A stretch of 64,000 nucleotides of DNA, from NCBI GenBank assembly GCA_051251915.1, contig JBPOGF010000014.1, positions 32,001 to 96,000 on the forward strand, written 5' to 3'. This document shows positions 28,641 to 38,093 of this stretch, piece after piece. Source of the DNA: Akkermansiaceae bacterium (lineage in GTDB: Bacteria > Verrucomicrobiota > Verrucomicrobiia > Verrucomicrobiales > Akkermansiaceae). Each line of letters starts with the position of its first letter. Within the stretch, counting starts at the first letter, position 1. Made by a program: the position numbers and the translations under genes. The notes beneath the pieces are model-generated. The model had not been told where the DNA came from, searched no databases, and saw only the letters and a list, made by a program, of their open reading frames with translations.

Positions 28641-29729
28641 TTAAATTTTACCCATTTGGGCTCTCTGTCTCAGCATGTGGTCGCAGATGATGATGTTTGC
28701 CATTGCTTCTACCATTGGGACTGCTCTTGGGAGCACGCAGGCATCGTGTCTGCCGCGTCCTTTGAGGAGAGTTTCCTCGTGGTCTGAGGTGATGGTGGGC
28801 TGCTCGCTCATGATGGTGGCGGTGGGTTTGAACGCGACGCGGAAAATGATGTTTTCGCCGTTGGATATGCCGCCTTGGACGCCGCCTGAGCGGTTGGTCT
28901 TGGTGCGGACGTTATTGCCGTCCATGTAGAAGTGATCGTTGTGCTCGCGGCCGGTCATGAGGGTGCCTGAGAAGCCGGAACCGATTTCAAATCCCTTGGT
29001 GGCTGGGATGCTCATCATGGCTTTTGCAAGTTCGGCTTCTAGTTTATCGAAGACGGGGGCGCCTAGGCCTGCTGGGCAGTTGCGGATGACGCATTCGACT
29101 ACGCCACCGACAGAATTTCCGTCTGAGCGGACTTCTTTGATGAGATCGATCATGGAATCAACCACAGCGGCATCACCGGTGCGGACGATGTTGGATTCGA
29201 TGTCTTCCGTGGTTACTGTATCTGGATTTACATCTGCATTGATGTGCTGGATGGATTTCACCCAGGCTAAAATTTCTAGATCTGGACAGAGTGAATGGAT
29301 TACTTTCTGGGCGACTGCGGCAGCAGCTACACGGCCAATGGTCTCTCTAGCAGATGCTCTGCCGCCACCGTGCCATGCTCTGAAGCCATACTTGGCGTCG
29401 TATGTGTAGTCGGCGTGTGATGGGCGGTATTTGTCCTTCATCTCGGTGTAGGATGATGGGCGTTGGTCTTGATTTCTGACGAGGATGCCGATAGGGGTTC
29501 CGAGGGTTTTGCCTTCTGATGTTCCGGAGAGGATCTCGCAGACGTCACCTTCTTTACGCGGGGTGACGATTTCGCTTTGGCCTGGGCGGCGTCTATCGAG
29601 TTCTTTCTGGATGTCCTCTTCTGAGAGTTCTATCATGGGTGGGCAACCATCGATGTTAACGCCCACGCCGACACCGTGGGATTCTCCCCAGGTGGAAATA
29701 CGGAAATTCTGACCAAGTATGCTAGACAT
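28641..29729 (-). CDS. aroC: Chorismate synthase
   Basis: [35 protein letters not shown]. Start trimmed to MSSILG. Confidence 0.97.
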   Translation of the reverse strand: MSSILGQNFRISTWGESHGVGVGVNIDGCPPMIELSEEDIQKELDRRRPGQSEIVTPRKEGDVCEILSGTSEGKTLGTPIGILVRNQDQRPSSYTEMKDKYRPSHADYTYDAKYGFRAWHGGGRASARETIGRVAAAAVAQKVIHSLCPDLEILAWVKSIQHINADVNPDTVTTEDIESNIVRTGDAAVVDSMIDLIKEVRSDGNSVGGVVECVIRNCPAGLGAPVFDKLEAELAKAMMSIPATKGFEIGSGFSGTLMTGREHNDHFYMDGNNVRTKTNRSGGVQGGISNGENIIFRVAFKPTATIMSEQPTITSDHEETLLKGRGRHDACVLPRAVPMVEAMANIIICDHMLRQRAQMGKI

Positions 29730-29800
29730 GGGTGGATAGATAAACGCAAAAGAGGAGAACTGCAACCCTTCTCTTTGTCCTCATAGAAGAGAGAATATAG

Positions 29801-30184
29801 CTACCAAAAGGAATCATCTTCACGGGCTTTGACTGTCTTGACGCAGTGCTCGGCTATTTCCCGGATGAGGTTCTCGTTTATCTCTTGGTTGTAGCGGATT
29901 TGGATCATGTGTTTGGTGGTTTTATACGGAGCTACTTTGTCTCTGAAATGATCCATTGTGACTTGTGTGGGAGTGAGGCCTAGATGGGCTTTAAATGCTG
30001 CAAATGCGAACATGAACCTTGGCTCGATGAAGAATGGGGTGTTCCATTTTAAGAGGGATTCGGCGCCTTCTACCTGTTCTGCTACGCTATTTAGAATAGC
30101 AAGTAATTGGAGCAAATGTGGTTGTCCGTCACTGGGCGCGGCGTTTATATACTCTTGAACGGTTTGAGGTTTCTCACTGGCCAT
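29801..30184 (-). CDS. DUF1801/YdhG-like protein
   Basis: TVQEYI, LKWNTPFF, FAAFKAH, TKHMIQ. Confidence 0.8.
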   Translation of the reverse strand: MASEKPQTVQEYINAAPSDGQPHLLQLLAILNSVAEQVEGAESLLKWNTPFFIEPRFMFAFAAFKAHLGLTPTQVTMDHFRDKVAPYKTTKHMIQIRYNQEINENLIREIAEHCVKTVKAREDDSFW

Positions 30185-30271
30185 GTCTCAATTATTAATT
30201 AATTCATCCTCCAAATCAATCTCGAAACGAGAGTCACCAGTTGACATCTGATTCAAAATAAAGCATAAGAT

Positions 30272-30372
30272 AGGCCTGTGCCAAACCGCAGGACGCTGGG
30301 GAAGGAGCAATCCGACCTTTCAGCGATTGTACAGAGGTCTCTGGGTTCTCCCCCGGAGGCCTCATTTTTTTT
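30272..30372 (+). ncRNA. Unassigned structured RNA ending in an intrinsic terminator (sRNA or riboswitch-like leader)
   Basis: TTGACA at 30241; nested stems CTGTGC/GTACAG, CGCTG/CAGCG and GGA-GCAA-TCC; then a GC-rich terminator with a T8 tail. Confidence 0.5.
30334..30372 (+). terminator. Intrinsic terminator
   Basis: GAGGTCTCTGGG...CCCGGAGGCCTC-A-TTTTTTTT. Confidence 0.8.
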
Positions 30373-30427
30373 GTCACAGATTAAGGCTTCCTAACTTAAA
30401 TATTTCTCCGTAAAACAGCTCCATACT

Positions 30428-30901
30428 ATGATTGAAATAGAACATAAATTTCTCATCAAGAATGATGGGTGGAAGGAGTTTGCTAGTGCTGGGGTTCGGT
30501 ACCGGCAAGGATACATTGATACTGTGAATGGGACTACGGTTCGGGTGCGTATTGCAGGAGATAAGGGTTATCTTACGCTGAAGGGGCAGTTTGGTGGGGA
30601 GAGTGGGATTAGTAGGAATGAGTTTGAGTATGAGATTCCTTTAGTGGAGGCGGAGGCGATGATTGTGGAGTTTGTTGATAGTCCGCTGATTGATAAGTAT
30701 CGTTATCTGGTGACGCATCATGGGAAGACTTGGGAGATAGATATTTTTGCTGGAGATAATGCTGGTCTTGAGGTGGCGGAAATAGAGCTGACTTCTGAGT
30801 GTGAAAAATTTGATTTGCCTGGCTGGGTGGGGGAGTGTGTTTCGGATGATGAGCGTTATGCGAATGGTTATTTGGCGCGTACTCCGTTTAAAGATTGGTA
30901 G
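30428..30901 (+). CDS. CYTH-domain (triphosphate tunnel metalloenzyme) protein
   Basis: EIEHKFL, QGY, VRVR, RNEFEYEIP, KYRY, WEIDIF, AEIEL. Confidence 0.92.
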   Translation: MIEIEHKFLIKNDGWKEFASAGVRYRQGYIDTVNGTTVRVRIAGDKGYLTLKGQFGGESGISRNEFEYEIPLVEAEAMIVEFVDSPLIDKYRYLVTHHGKTWEIDIFAGDNAGLEVAEIELTSECEKFDLPGWVGECVSDDERYANGYLARTPFKDW

Positions 30902-30985
30902 GTATTTAATTTTGAGCTGTGTTTGTGCTTCAGACAAATTTTCGAACTCCTGCATATGGTGCATGAGTTGCTGCGCGTAGGGGAG

Positions 30986-31576
30986 TTATTGCTTAGCAGC
31001 TAGGAGCTTCTCTGTGTATTTGGCTAGGAGATCTGCTTCTAGGTTGATGGGGGTGCCTAGTTCTAGGGTGTGGAGGTGGGTCTCACGGAAGGTGTGGGGG
31101 GTGATCCAGAAGGTGGCGGAAGTTTCACCGAGTTCGGCGATGGTGAGGGAGATTCCGTCGATGGCGATGCTGCCTTTGTCGATGCAGAACTTGTGGATCT
31201 CTGGAGGGAGTGAGATTTCTAGGCGGTGGTCTTGGCCGTGGATTGAGAGGTCGATGAGGGTGCCGGTGGCGTCTACGTGGCCTTGGACGAAGTGTCCGCC
31301 GAGTCTCTGGGTGGGTAGTAGGGCGCGCTCAAGGTTCACGGTGGAACCTACTTTGAGTGAGCCGAGGGAGGTGACTTTGAGGGTTTGGTGGAGGAGGTCG
31401 AATGAGGCGGTTCCGGGTGCTAGTTCGGCTACGGTGAGGCAGCACCCGTTGGTTGCTACTGAGTCGCCTAGAGCGAGTTCGCTAGCGAATGGGATGGCAA
31501 TTTTGTAGCGGGATTGGTCACCGAGGGTGGTGATCTCGGTGATGGTGCCTGTGGCTTCAACTAGTCCTGTGAACAT
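30986..31576 (-). CDS. ribE: Riboflavin synthase (alpha chain)
   Basis: MFTGLVE, NGCCLTV, VNLER, GGHFVQGHVD, KGSIAIDGISLT. Confidence 0.96.
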   Translation of the reverse strand: MFTGLVEATGTITEITTLGDQSRYKIAIPFASELALGDSVATNGCCLTVAELAPGTASFDLLHQTLKVTSLGSLKVGSTVNLERALLPTQRLGGHFVQGHVDATGTLIDLSIHGQDHRLEISLPPEIHKFCIDKGSIAIDGISLTIAELGETSATFWITPHTFRETHLHTLELGTPINLEADLLAKYTEKLLAAKQ

Positions 31577-31645
31577 ATGGGTGGTAATTGGTTATTTGTT
31601 ATTGTGCTGGGACGATGAAGCCTTGGTGTTTTGAGGGCTAGGTTG

Positions 31646-33349
31646 TTAGTTGCCGGGGCCTACTGGGTGGAGTTTGTTGGAGTTTCCTGGTAGGCTTGGA
31701 GTTTCTTTTGGGTGCTCAAGTTCGTATTGGATCTTAGGATCTTCGGTCATTCCTGATGATGGGAATAGCATGAAGCAGAGTCCCATGATGATGGTAGGAA
31801 CGAGAGCTGATAGAGCTAGTTTGAGTGGGGAGACTCCACCTTCGAAGTATTTGCCGAGGACGGATTGGCCAGCTGGGTTAGGAGCGTTGGCGATGACGGT
31901 GAGGCCACCACCGGTGACGGCACCTGCGAGGACGGCGTATTTGGCGGTGATGCCTAGACTTGGTGCTTGTGAGGCTAGGTAGGTGATGGCGGCATTGTCA
32001 TTGAATGCGGTGAGGACTGTGGCGCCTTTCATGAGGATGGCACTTTGTTCTTGGAATGCCATGAGGAGAGGTTCGATCCACCAGCCTTGGCAGCCGCCGT
32101 GGATGACGAGGCCAGCGAGGAAGAAACCAACGAGTAGTGGTGATTTCATGGAGACATCGTTTTGGTGATGACCAGTGGCTTGGGTGAAGCCTAGGAAGAA
32201 CATGAATCCGCCGATGAAGAGCACTGGGTAGTGAGCTGTGAGAACGGTGAAAGCTAGGAATCCTAGGTGGGTGAGTGTGACAGCGAGAGGGATAGAATCT
32301 TCACGTTCGTTCCAGCGGAGTTTGTTGCTGGTGGTTGTTTCAGCGCTTTTGAGGCTAGCGAAGTGCTTGCGGAATGCCATGAAGTAGAGGGCATTAGCGA
32401 TGAGGATGCCGATGATGGCTTTCCAACCGAAGTTCATGAACATGTAGCCCATTCCGAAGTGCCATTTTTCTGCGATCATGAGGACTGGTGGAGCAGCGAA
32501 GTGGGTGAGTGTGCCACCAACGGAGATGTTAACGAAGAGTAGTCCGAGTGTGGCGTAGGCGAACTTAGCGGGTGGGTTCTTGTCGTAGAACCACTTGGCG
32601 AGGAGCATGGCGGCGATGGTCATGGCTGCTGGCTCGGTGATGAATGATCCTAGTAGTGGGGTGATGGTGAGAACTGAGAGCCACCATGCTGCGGCTCCAC
32701 CTCCCATGAGGCCTGCTACTTTACCGACGATCATTTCAGCAAAGCGGATGACTGGGCGGGTGGCTGAGATGGCCATGATGATGACGACGAAGAGGGGTTC
32801 GGTGAAGTTGACATCGTGGCCGACGTATTGGACTGCTTGGTTGAAGTCAAAGAAGTAGACTACAGCACCTACCAGAGCGATGACCCAGATACCGAAGATG
32901 GCTTCGACTTCTCCTAGGAAGTGGAAGAGGTGGGCGCGGAATGATACATCGTCTTTGGCATCTTCTTCTGGCTTGGCGCAGGCAGTTCTGCCGCGTTTTT
33001 CGTTGAGTTCTTTTTGTCTGTGTTCGTGCTTGTGTGCCATTTCAATGAAGAATCCGGCAAGGAATGTGTGAACGATGGCGCAGATGAAGATGATGGTGGC
33101 TACTATGTTAAATCCACCTTGCTCGAATGCGCGGTATTTGAGAGTGGCCATGAGGTCCATTTCTCCGTTTTCCGCTTTTTTTTCTTCGTATGAGGCGAGT
33201 GGTTTAGGAAAGACAGCGTGCTGGTCGCTGTCTAGGCCGTGTTCTCCTCTTTCGTAGGCAGGCTGTTGCTTCGCAGCATGTGCTTCGGGAACAAGCATAA
33301 TGGTGGCGAAGAGTGCGAATATGGAGCAGATAATGGTTAGTTTTCTCAT
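31646..33349 (-). CDS. Putative Na+/H+ antiporter (DUF1504-type)
   Basis: HFLGEVEAIFG, LGSFITEPAAMT, DNAAITYL, GGGLTVIANAPNPAG; many TM helices. Start trimmed to MRKLTII. Confidence 0.85.
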   Translation of the reverse strand: MRKLTIICSIFALFATIMLVPEAHAAKQQPAYERGEHGLDSDQHAVFPKPLASYEEKKAENGEMDLMATLKYRAFEQGGFNIVATIIFICAIVHTFLAGFFIEMAHKHEHRQKELNEKRGRTACAKPEEDAKDDVSFRAHLFHFLGEVEAIFGIWVIALVGAVVYFFDFNQAVQYVGHDVNFTEPLFVVIIMAISATRPVIRFAEMIVGKVAGLMGGGAAAWWLSVLTITPLLGSFITEPAAMTIAAMLLAKWFYDKNPPAKFAYATLGLLFVNISVGGTLTHFAAPPVLMIAEKWHFGMGYMFMNFGWKAIIGILIANALYFMAFRKHFASLKSAETTTSNKLRWNEREDSIPLAVTLTHLGFLAFTVLTAHYPVLFIGGFMFFLGFTQATGHHQNDVSMKSPLLVGFFLAGLVIHGGCQGWWIEPLLMAFQEQSAILMKGATVLTAFNDNAAITYLASQAPSLGITAKYAVLAGAVTGGGLTVIANAPNPAGQSVLGKYFEGGVSPLKLALSALVPTIIMGLCFMLFPSSGMTEDPKIQYELEHPKETPSLPGNSNKLHPVGPGN

Positions 33350-33435
33350 GTGATTGGTGTTGACTAATTGCGTAAGTGATAGCGACTGGGGTAGTGTTGG
33401 CAATGAGATTTTGCATTTTTGTGAGAATATTTATG

Positions 33436-33455
33436 ATAGGCATAAATTTGCCTAT
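33436..33455. promoter_or_regulatory. Perfect inverted repeat ATAGGCA-N6-TGCCTAT, candidate operator
   Basis: Located between the divergent antiporter and cls genes. Confidence 0.35.
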
Positions 33456-33731
33456 TGATTGGCTGAAATTGGCATGGTGGTGGTAGGGATTATTGGTTGT
33501 TTTTATGGGAAGGTGAGTTTGTTACCCTACTTGTGGGTTACGTTGTTGGCTCATCTGCTTTTAAGTCCATGGTGGTGGATTATAATAATCTTTACTCATG
33601 CTCTTGAGTTGGATTAGGATTCTTAGTATTCAAACAATGAAAATAGAAGAATTCATGAATTGTGAGTGGTGGACGATGTTGATCTCATTCATTTATATTT
33701 CAACACGTATGGGGAATGTAGTTCAATCATC

Positions 33732-35177
33732 ATGACGTTAGCGTGGAATTTTGGAGTGATTCAGTGTTTGGGGCTCGTGTTAGTGATCTTCTTTATTTTG
33801 GGGGTCATGCATTCGCTGCATGTTCTTAAGCATGTGAGGTCTAGCCAGGGGGCGATAGCTTGGATAGGAGGATTACTGATGCTTCCAATAGTTGTGGTGC
33901 CTCTCTATTGGCTGACGGGAAGAACGCGTTATCATAATTATGTGAAAGCTAGGAAGTCTTTGCATGATGAGCTGAGTGATGTGTATGATGAGCTCAAAGA
34001 GGCATCCTATCGTTATGGGTATCAATCAGAAAACGAGTTGATCAATGCAGTTTCAAAGATTCGCTATGTTCACAGCACGGCTGGAAATGAAATGCAGCTG
34101 CTTAAGGATGCTCATGAGAAATTTGAGAAGGTTTTCGAGGAGTTAAAGAATGCGAAGGAGTATATTCTCGTGGAGTATTTCACGATTAAATCCGACAGGA
34201 TAGGAACTCGATTTAAAGATGCTCTGCTTGAACAGGTGAATAAGGGGGTGAGAGTTTATGTCTTGTATGATTCCTTTGGGTCGTCTGATATGAGCGATGA
34301 CTACATTGATGAGTTAAAGCAAGCTGGGGTGCATATCCATTCATTTGGCATCAAGAGGAAATGGCTTTCTCGTTTTCAGTTGAATTTTAGGAATCACCGC
34401 AAAATCATTGTGATAGATGGTGAGCAGGCATTTATAGGTGGTATCAATATAGGCGATGAATATCTGGGGAGGGATGAGGAGATAGGTTATTGGCGAGATA
34501 CGCATATGCATGTACGAGGTCCTGCAGTGTGGGGGCTCCAGACGGTGGTCTTGGAAGATTATTATTGGGGAACTGGGGAGCTGATAGATGTTCGGTGGGA
34601 TCAGGATTTTAGCGATCTATCTGAGACCTCTGAGAAGGCTACTTCGCTGGCAAGTAGTCCTTCAGATGATTTCGATACTTGGCATCTTACTTTGGCGGCG
34701 GCCGCGAGTGTGGCTAAAGAACGGCTGTGGATAACGACTCCTTATTTGGTACCAGATGAAGGTTTGATTACAGCTTTGCAGACAGCTGTTATGCGCGGGG
34801 TAGATGTTAGAATTTTGTTTCCTAAAGAGTCGGATCAAATCATTGTAGCCTACGCTGCGTATACGTTTGAAGAGGATCTTATTCCTATGGGCATTAAGTT
34901 GCACGCGTATCATAAAGGGTTCACGCACCAGAAGGTGGTGCTTGTAGATTCTAATACCGCGATGGTAGGTACAGCGAATCTGGACAATCGTTCTTTCAGG
35001 TTAAATTTTGAGATCATGATGCTTACAGAGTCTGAGAAGATGATTCAGAAAGTGGAGGAGATGCTTAATGATGACTTTGCAAATTCTATGAGGATTGAAG
35101 AATCTGAGCTAGCGGATAAGAATGTTTTTGTGAGGATTTTTTCGAATTTCGCTCGATTGTTTGTTCCTATTCTTTAG
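33732..35177 (+). CDS. cls: Cardiolipin synthase
   Basis: N-terminal TMs (AIAWI...P); two HKD motifs (HRKIIVID, HQKVVLVD); GTANLDNRSFRLNFE. Confidence 0.93.
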   Translation: MTLAWNFGVIQCLGLVLVIFFILGVMHSLHVLKHVRSSQGAIAWIGGLLMLPIVVVPLYWLTGRTRYHNYVKARKSLHDELSDVYDELKEASYRYGYQSENELINAVSKIRYVHSTAGNEMQLLKDAHEKFEKVFEELKNAKEYILVEYFTIKSDRIGTRFKDALLEQVNKGVRVYVLYDSFGSSDMSDDYIDELKQAGVHIHSFGIKRKWLSRFQLNFRNHRKIIVIDGEQAFIGGINIGDEYLGRDEEIGYWRDTHMHVRGPAVWGLQTVVLEDYYWGTGELIDVRWDQDFSDLSETSEKATSLASSPSDDFDTWHLTLAAAASVAKERLWITTPYLVPDEGLITALQTAVMRGVDVRILFPKESDQIIVAYAAYTFEEDLIPMGIKLHAYHKGFTHQKVVLVDSNTAMVGTANLDNRSFRLNFEIMMLTESEKMIQKVEEMLNDDFANSMRIEESELADKNVFVRIFSNFARLFVPIL

Positions 35178-35242
35178 GGGATATTTTACAATTTTTTGAG
35201 ATTAAGAATTGCTGGCTTGAGTTTGGCTGTTGGGGGGCTAAA

Positions 35243-36208
35243 ATGCTGAGAATGAAAGACGGAATGAATTGGGATAATTTAGCGAAGGCCATGGTCTTGG
35301 TGCTAGGTGCTGGGGTGGTAAGTTGTGGTGCGCTGTCGCGCTCGGCCAGAGCGGTGGGTGGTAAGTTGAAGGATATGAATGAGGAGTCTGGGGAACTGCA
35401 ATCTCATCAACATGCAATTGATGAGGAGTCTACTCCGAGCCGTGGGTTGAGGGCATTGAGTGGTGGAAATGTGGTGGCGCGAGTGGGGCAACTGACGACA
35501 CGTGAGGAGGATATTGTGTGGGCGCCGGAGGATCCGGATATGCCGATTGCTGAGTTAGAGGGCTTGGTAGTGGATGATGAGAATCCGTTGGATTCATGGT
35601 TTGAGGATTATGGGAAGGCGATGAAGAAAGCGCGTGTGGAGGGTAAGCCGGTGATGATCTGGTTTACGCGGACTAAGAATAGTCCGTTGTGTAAGGTGCT
35701 GAGTGCGGAGTTGTTTAACAATAAGGAATTTGAAGACTGGGCGGATGAGAATGTGATACGGCTGAGGGTGGACTCAAATATACAGGAGAGGGATACTGCT
35801 AAGCGCAAGGATCGAGAGAGGTATGTGGCGGGACTTAAGGAGCGCTATAGAGCGCTGGGTCAGCCGGTGGTGGTGATTATTTCGCCTAGGGGGACGGAGT
35901 TTGGAAAGTATAGGGGGTATACTCCTGGGTCTGCGGTGTTTTACTTTGGTAGGCTGAAGAATGATGCGGGTGTAGCGCAGAAGGATCATGCTAGCTGGCA
36001 GTCTGAGATGGCGAGTAAGGGGTATCGCTCATGGCGTGATGTGCGTGGGCGTGCTGTGTTTGCGAAGGCTGTGCGTTACCGTGATGGGGTGATCTGGCTG
36101 GTGGAACCGGATGGGAAGAAGTCTAGTACTAGTGTGAGCAAATTATCTACTGAGGATAGGCAGTATGTGGAGCGTAAGCTTGCTGACTATAGGGCTAAGA
36201 AGCCCTAG
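35243..36208 (+). CDS. Lipoprotein with thioredoxin-like domain (SxxC) and C-terminal SHD1-like domain
   Basis: Lipobox VVSC; WFEDY...GKPVMIWFT...SPLC; RSWRD..G...KLSTEDRQYV. Confidence 0.7.
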   Translation: MLRMKDGMNWDNLAKAMVLVLGAGVVSCGALSRSARAVGGKLKDMNEESGELQSHQHAIDEESTPSRGLRALSGGNVVARVGQLTTREEDIVWAPEDPDMPIAELEGLVVDDENPLDSWFEDYGKAMKKARVEGKPVMIWFTRTKNSPLCKVLSAELFNNKEFEDWADENVIRLRVDSNIQERDTAKRKDRERYVAGLKERYRALGQPVVVIISPRGTEFGKYRGYTPGSAVFYFGRLKNDAGVAQKDHASWQSEMASKGYRSWRDVRGRAVFAKAVRYRDGVIWLVEPDGKKSSTSVSKLSTEDRQYVERKLADYRAKKP

Positions 36209-36235
36209 TCTGGGGGAGATCTGGTGGAGAAGGGG

Positions 36236-36973
36236 CTATACTGACTTGATGCTTAGGAGCGGATTGTTGTTTACATCGAAGAGTGTGGTGAAGAATTTGC
36301 TAGGGCTCTGGATGATTTTGTGATGGCTGACAGCGAGTGGGTTTAGGGTGAGTTTGCTTTGCTGTTTCTTGAGCGCGGCTGTGCCGAATTGTGTCATTAG
36401 GCTTTTGAACTCAAGGTCCTTGAGTATGGATGTGCCTGCTAGGGGGAGGGAGCAGATGACTTTTTTACCACGGATGATTTCTCGGTTTACTGCTTTGGCT
36501 ACTTGGGTGATGTTGTTGTTGATCTTGTTAAGTGCATTAGGAGAGTCCTGTTGAGAAGTTAGATGTTGGGGTGGTGTTTCTATTGTGCCACTTTCGTTTT
36601 CGAAGAGTTTTAGCATGCACTCAAAGCAGTCCCACTGGCTTTTTGCGGTGAGGCTAATTTCATGGAAAAGTTCTCCTGATTCTGATGTGAAGCGGAAGTT
36701 AGCTTGGTGGTATTCTGCAGCTACTTGGACGGTGACTTGCTTCCAGTTTTCGAATAGCCATTGGTGATTTCCATTGATAGCTATGCTTCTGTCTTCACGT
36801 GGTGTGGTGAGGAGGCGCGGGTATTCACCTTGGGATGATACGCTGGCTATGGCATTATGATAGCGGTGCTGGATGGTGCCGAGGGTGTGCATCCGGTGTA
36901 GCAGGCGTGACCAGGTTGGTTTTAGGAGGTGATTTGTGGTGTTGGTGTCTGATAGATCCATTTTGTTGAGCAT
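36236..36973 (-). CDS. Divergent HemS/ChuX-like haem/iron-utilisation protein
   Basis: LHTLG...N, L.LFENW, FRFTSESGELFHEI, LFDVNNNPLL resemble the HemS repeats; a Fur-like box lies directly upstream. Confidence 0.5.
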   Translation of the reverse strand: MLNKMDLSDTNTTNHLLKPTWSRLLHRMHTLGTIQHRYHNAIASVSSQGEYPRLLTTPREDRSIAINGNHQWLFENWKQVTVQVAAEYHQANFRFTSESGELFHEISLTAKSQWDCFECMLKLFENESGTIETPPQHLTSQQDSPNALNKINNNITQVAKAVNREIIRGKKVICSLPLAGTSILKDLEFKSLMTQFGTAALKKQQSKLTLNPLAVSHHKIIQSPSKFFTTLFDVNNNPLLSIKSV

Positions 36974-36984
36974 TATATAACCTT

Positions 36985-37003
36985 ATTGAGAATCATTATC
37001 AAT
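36985..37003. promoter_or_regulatory. Fur-like box
   Basis: ATTGAGAATCATTATCAAT, a near-palindromic 19-mer 11 nt upstream of the HemS-like start. Confidence 0.75.
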
Positions 37004-37074
37004 AGAAAATTTACGCTTTTTTGGATGGATCATTTTACTAGACTCGCAGGAAGTAAGTTGGGGGGATGAGACTT

Positions 37075-37116
37075 GAGGGAGAGGGAGAGGGAGAGGGAGA
37101 GGGAGAGGGTGAGGGT
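37075..37116 (+). repeat. Hexamer tandem repeat (GAGGGA)5(GAGGGT)2
   Basis: Read directly; intergenic, downstream of trpA. Confidence 0.9.
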
Positions 37117-37130
37117 GGGGAGTGGGAGAT

Positions 37131-37940
37131 TTAAACCGTTTTTTTGTGGGTGGCGTCGATGAGGGGTTTGGTGAAGTTGGTGACAATTTGTGGTAGGTCT
37201 GGGTTGGTGGCGTTTTCGGCGATTTGGTTGACGATGGCTGAGCCTACGATGACGCCGTCTGAGACGCTGGCAACCATGGCGGCTTGGTCTGGGGTGTTGA
37301 TGCCGAAGCCTACGCAGACTGGGACGTCTGTGTGTTTTTTGATGGCTGCGACGGTTTGGCCGATGGTGTCTGAAGGTGCGGCTTGGGCTCCGGTGACGCC
37401 GGTGCGGGAGAGTGCGTAGATGAACCCTTCTGATTGCTTGGCGAGTGATGCGATTCTCTCCTCTGGTGAGGTGGGGGCGATGAGGGTGATGTGCTTGAGT
37501 GTGGATAGTTTACTAAACTCTGGGCTGCACTTGGCTTCATCTGGTGGGAGGTCTAGGAGTAGGAGTCCGTCGACTCCGGCTTCGATGGCGTCGGTGACGA
37601 AGTTGTCATAGCCGTATGAGAAAATGGGGTTGAGGTAGGTGAAGAGAACGATGGGTGTCTGGTGGGTGGTGCGGAACTGGCGGACGAGGTCGAGGACCTT
37701 GGGTAGTGTGCAGCCTGCTTTGAGGGCGCGGTCTGCGGCGAGCTGGTTTACTGCTCCGTCTGCGAGTGGATCTGAAAATGGGACACCGAGCTCGATGACG
37801 TCTGCGCCTGCATCTGCTAGGCCAGTGATGATGGCAAGGCATAGATCTAGTGTGGGGTCACCGGCGGCGACGTAGGCGATGAATGCGGGGGTGTTGGTTT
37901 TCTTTAGGTTCTGGAAAGTGGCGTCGATTCGGCAGCTCAT
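37131..37940 (-). CDS. trpA: Tryptophan synthase alpha chain
   Basis: YVAAGDP, ELGVPFSDPLADG, SRTGVTG, VGFGI, DGVIVGSA. Confidence 0.97.
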   Translation of the reverse strand: MSCRIDATFQNLKKTNTPAFIAYVAAGDPTLDLCLAIITGLADAGADVIELGVPFSDPLADGAVNQLAADRALKAGCTLPKVLDLVRQFRTTHQTPIVLFTYLNPIFSYGYDNFVTDAIEAGVDGLLLLDLPPDEAKCSPEFSKLSTLKHITLIAPTSPEERIASLAKQSEGFIYALSRTGVTGAQAAPSDTIGQTVAAIKKHTDVPVCVGFGINTPDQAAMVASVSDGVIVGSAIVNQIAENATNPDLPQIVTNFTKPLIDATHKKTV

Positions 37941-38093
37941 GGGTGTTGATTTACAGAGGATTTTGTTAAATTGAAATGATTTTATTTATGTTTCATGACA
38001 AAAGCTGAGGTGAGTGCTTGGGGAGGTGGTGGATAGTTTTAAAATAGGCATATTACTGATTGAATGAGGTAGGGAATAGGTGATAGTGGGGGT

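Noticed and set aside
30289..30312. CAGG...GGAAGGAGCA resemblance to SRP RNA; CAAACC...GGACGC resemblance to the c-di-GMP-I riboswitch
   Set aside because: The stem closing GGAA cannot pair, and the c-di-GMP-I GNRA arm and receptor are missing. Left as an unassigned RNA.
31577..31645. FMN riboswitch upstream of ribE
   Set aside because: The gap is only 69 nt and lacks the conserved FMN aptamer motifs.
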